The position numbers and the translations under genes are program-made. Below, piece by piece: positions 63,728-64,000 of a stretch of DNA of 64,000 nucleotides; the first letter of the stretch is position 1, and every line of letters begins with the position of its first letter. The notes beneath the pieces were generated by a model. The model had not been told where the DNA came from. It made no database searches and saw only the letters and a list, made by a program, of their open reading frames with translations. Origin of the DNA: Myxococcota bacterium (GTDB lineage: Bacteria; Myxococcota_A; UBA9160; UBA4427); contig OZ252299.1 in NCBI GenBank assembly GCA_965250285.1, positions 1,088,001 to 1,152,000 on the forward strand. Direction: 5' to 3'.

Positions 63728-63948
63728 GCGCGCGCGTGCGGTTCAGCCGCGTTGTTTCAGCTGGCTCTGGTCGCGGTACCAGTCGATCGTGTCCTCGGCG
63801 CGCGCGCGCGGTTCAGCCGCGTTGTTTCAGCTGGCTCTGGTCGCGGTACCAGTCGATCGTGTCCTCGGCGCGCGCGTGCGGTTCAGCCGCGTTGTTTCAG
63901 CTGGCTCTGGTCGCGGTACCAGTCGATCGTGTCCTCGGCGCGCGCGCG
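63728..63948. repeat. Three tandem 70-bp copies of the 3' end of the terminal minus-strand gene
   Basis: Units start at 63728, 63798 and 63868, are near-identical, and join at GCGCGCGCG. Confidence 0.95.
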
Positions 63949-64000
63949 TTCCTGCTCGAGAAACTGCTTCACGGCGCCCGCGAGCCGCGGGTCGGCGAGA
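63883..64000 (-). CDS. Partial CDS, C-terminus resembling DUF482/FemAB-like GNAT proteins
   Basis: LADPRLAGAVKQFLEQERARAEDTIDWYRDQSQLKQRG*. Confidence 0.6.
   Translation of the reverse strand, partial: LADPRLAGAVKQFLEQERARAEDTIDWYRDQSQLKQRG

Noticed and set aside
63728..63948. CRISPR array
   Set aside because: Units are contiguous 70-bp copies with no unique spacers, they duplicate coding sequence, and no cas genes are in view

Overview
A roughly 70% GC (by eye) Gram-negative bacterial chromosome segment. It encodes a TonB receptor and several lipoproteins, and a Myxococcota-like origin is inferred rather than shown. About 60 mostly housekeeping or metabolic genes are present: an EF-G paralogue, pepN, gpx, ettA, phoU-phoB-phoR divergent from pstSCAB with PHO boxes, aceE plus an aceF-like gene, tupBCA, lpdA-lipA, and several hydrolases and regulators. 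I found no prophage, transposase, CRISPR array or rRNA. The main points of interest are: (1) a gene behind a sigma54-type promoter that fuses a metal-ligand-less ETHE1/persulfide-dioxygenase-like MBL fold to two LexA-type winged-HTH repeats; (2) an intact aceF-like ORF that keeps its lipoyl and E1/E3-binding domains but has lost the acyltransferase catalytic motifs; (3) further apparent pseudoenzymes (EF-G with altered GTPase motifs, a Ser-less alpha/beta hydrolase, a degenerate GGDEF); (4) repeated tandem duplications at gene boundaries, two of which create translationally coupled mini-ORF relays; (5) a doubled 129-bp hairpin element and a degenerate tRNA-Leu-like sequence. All product calls come from motif recognition by eye; no database searches were run.
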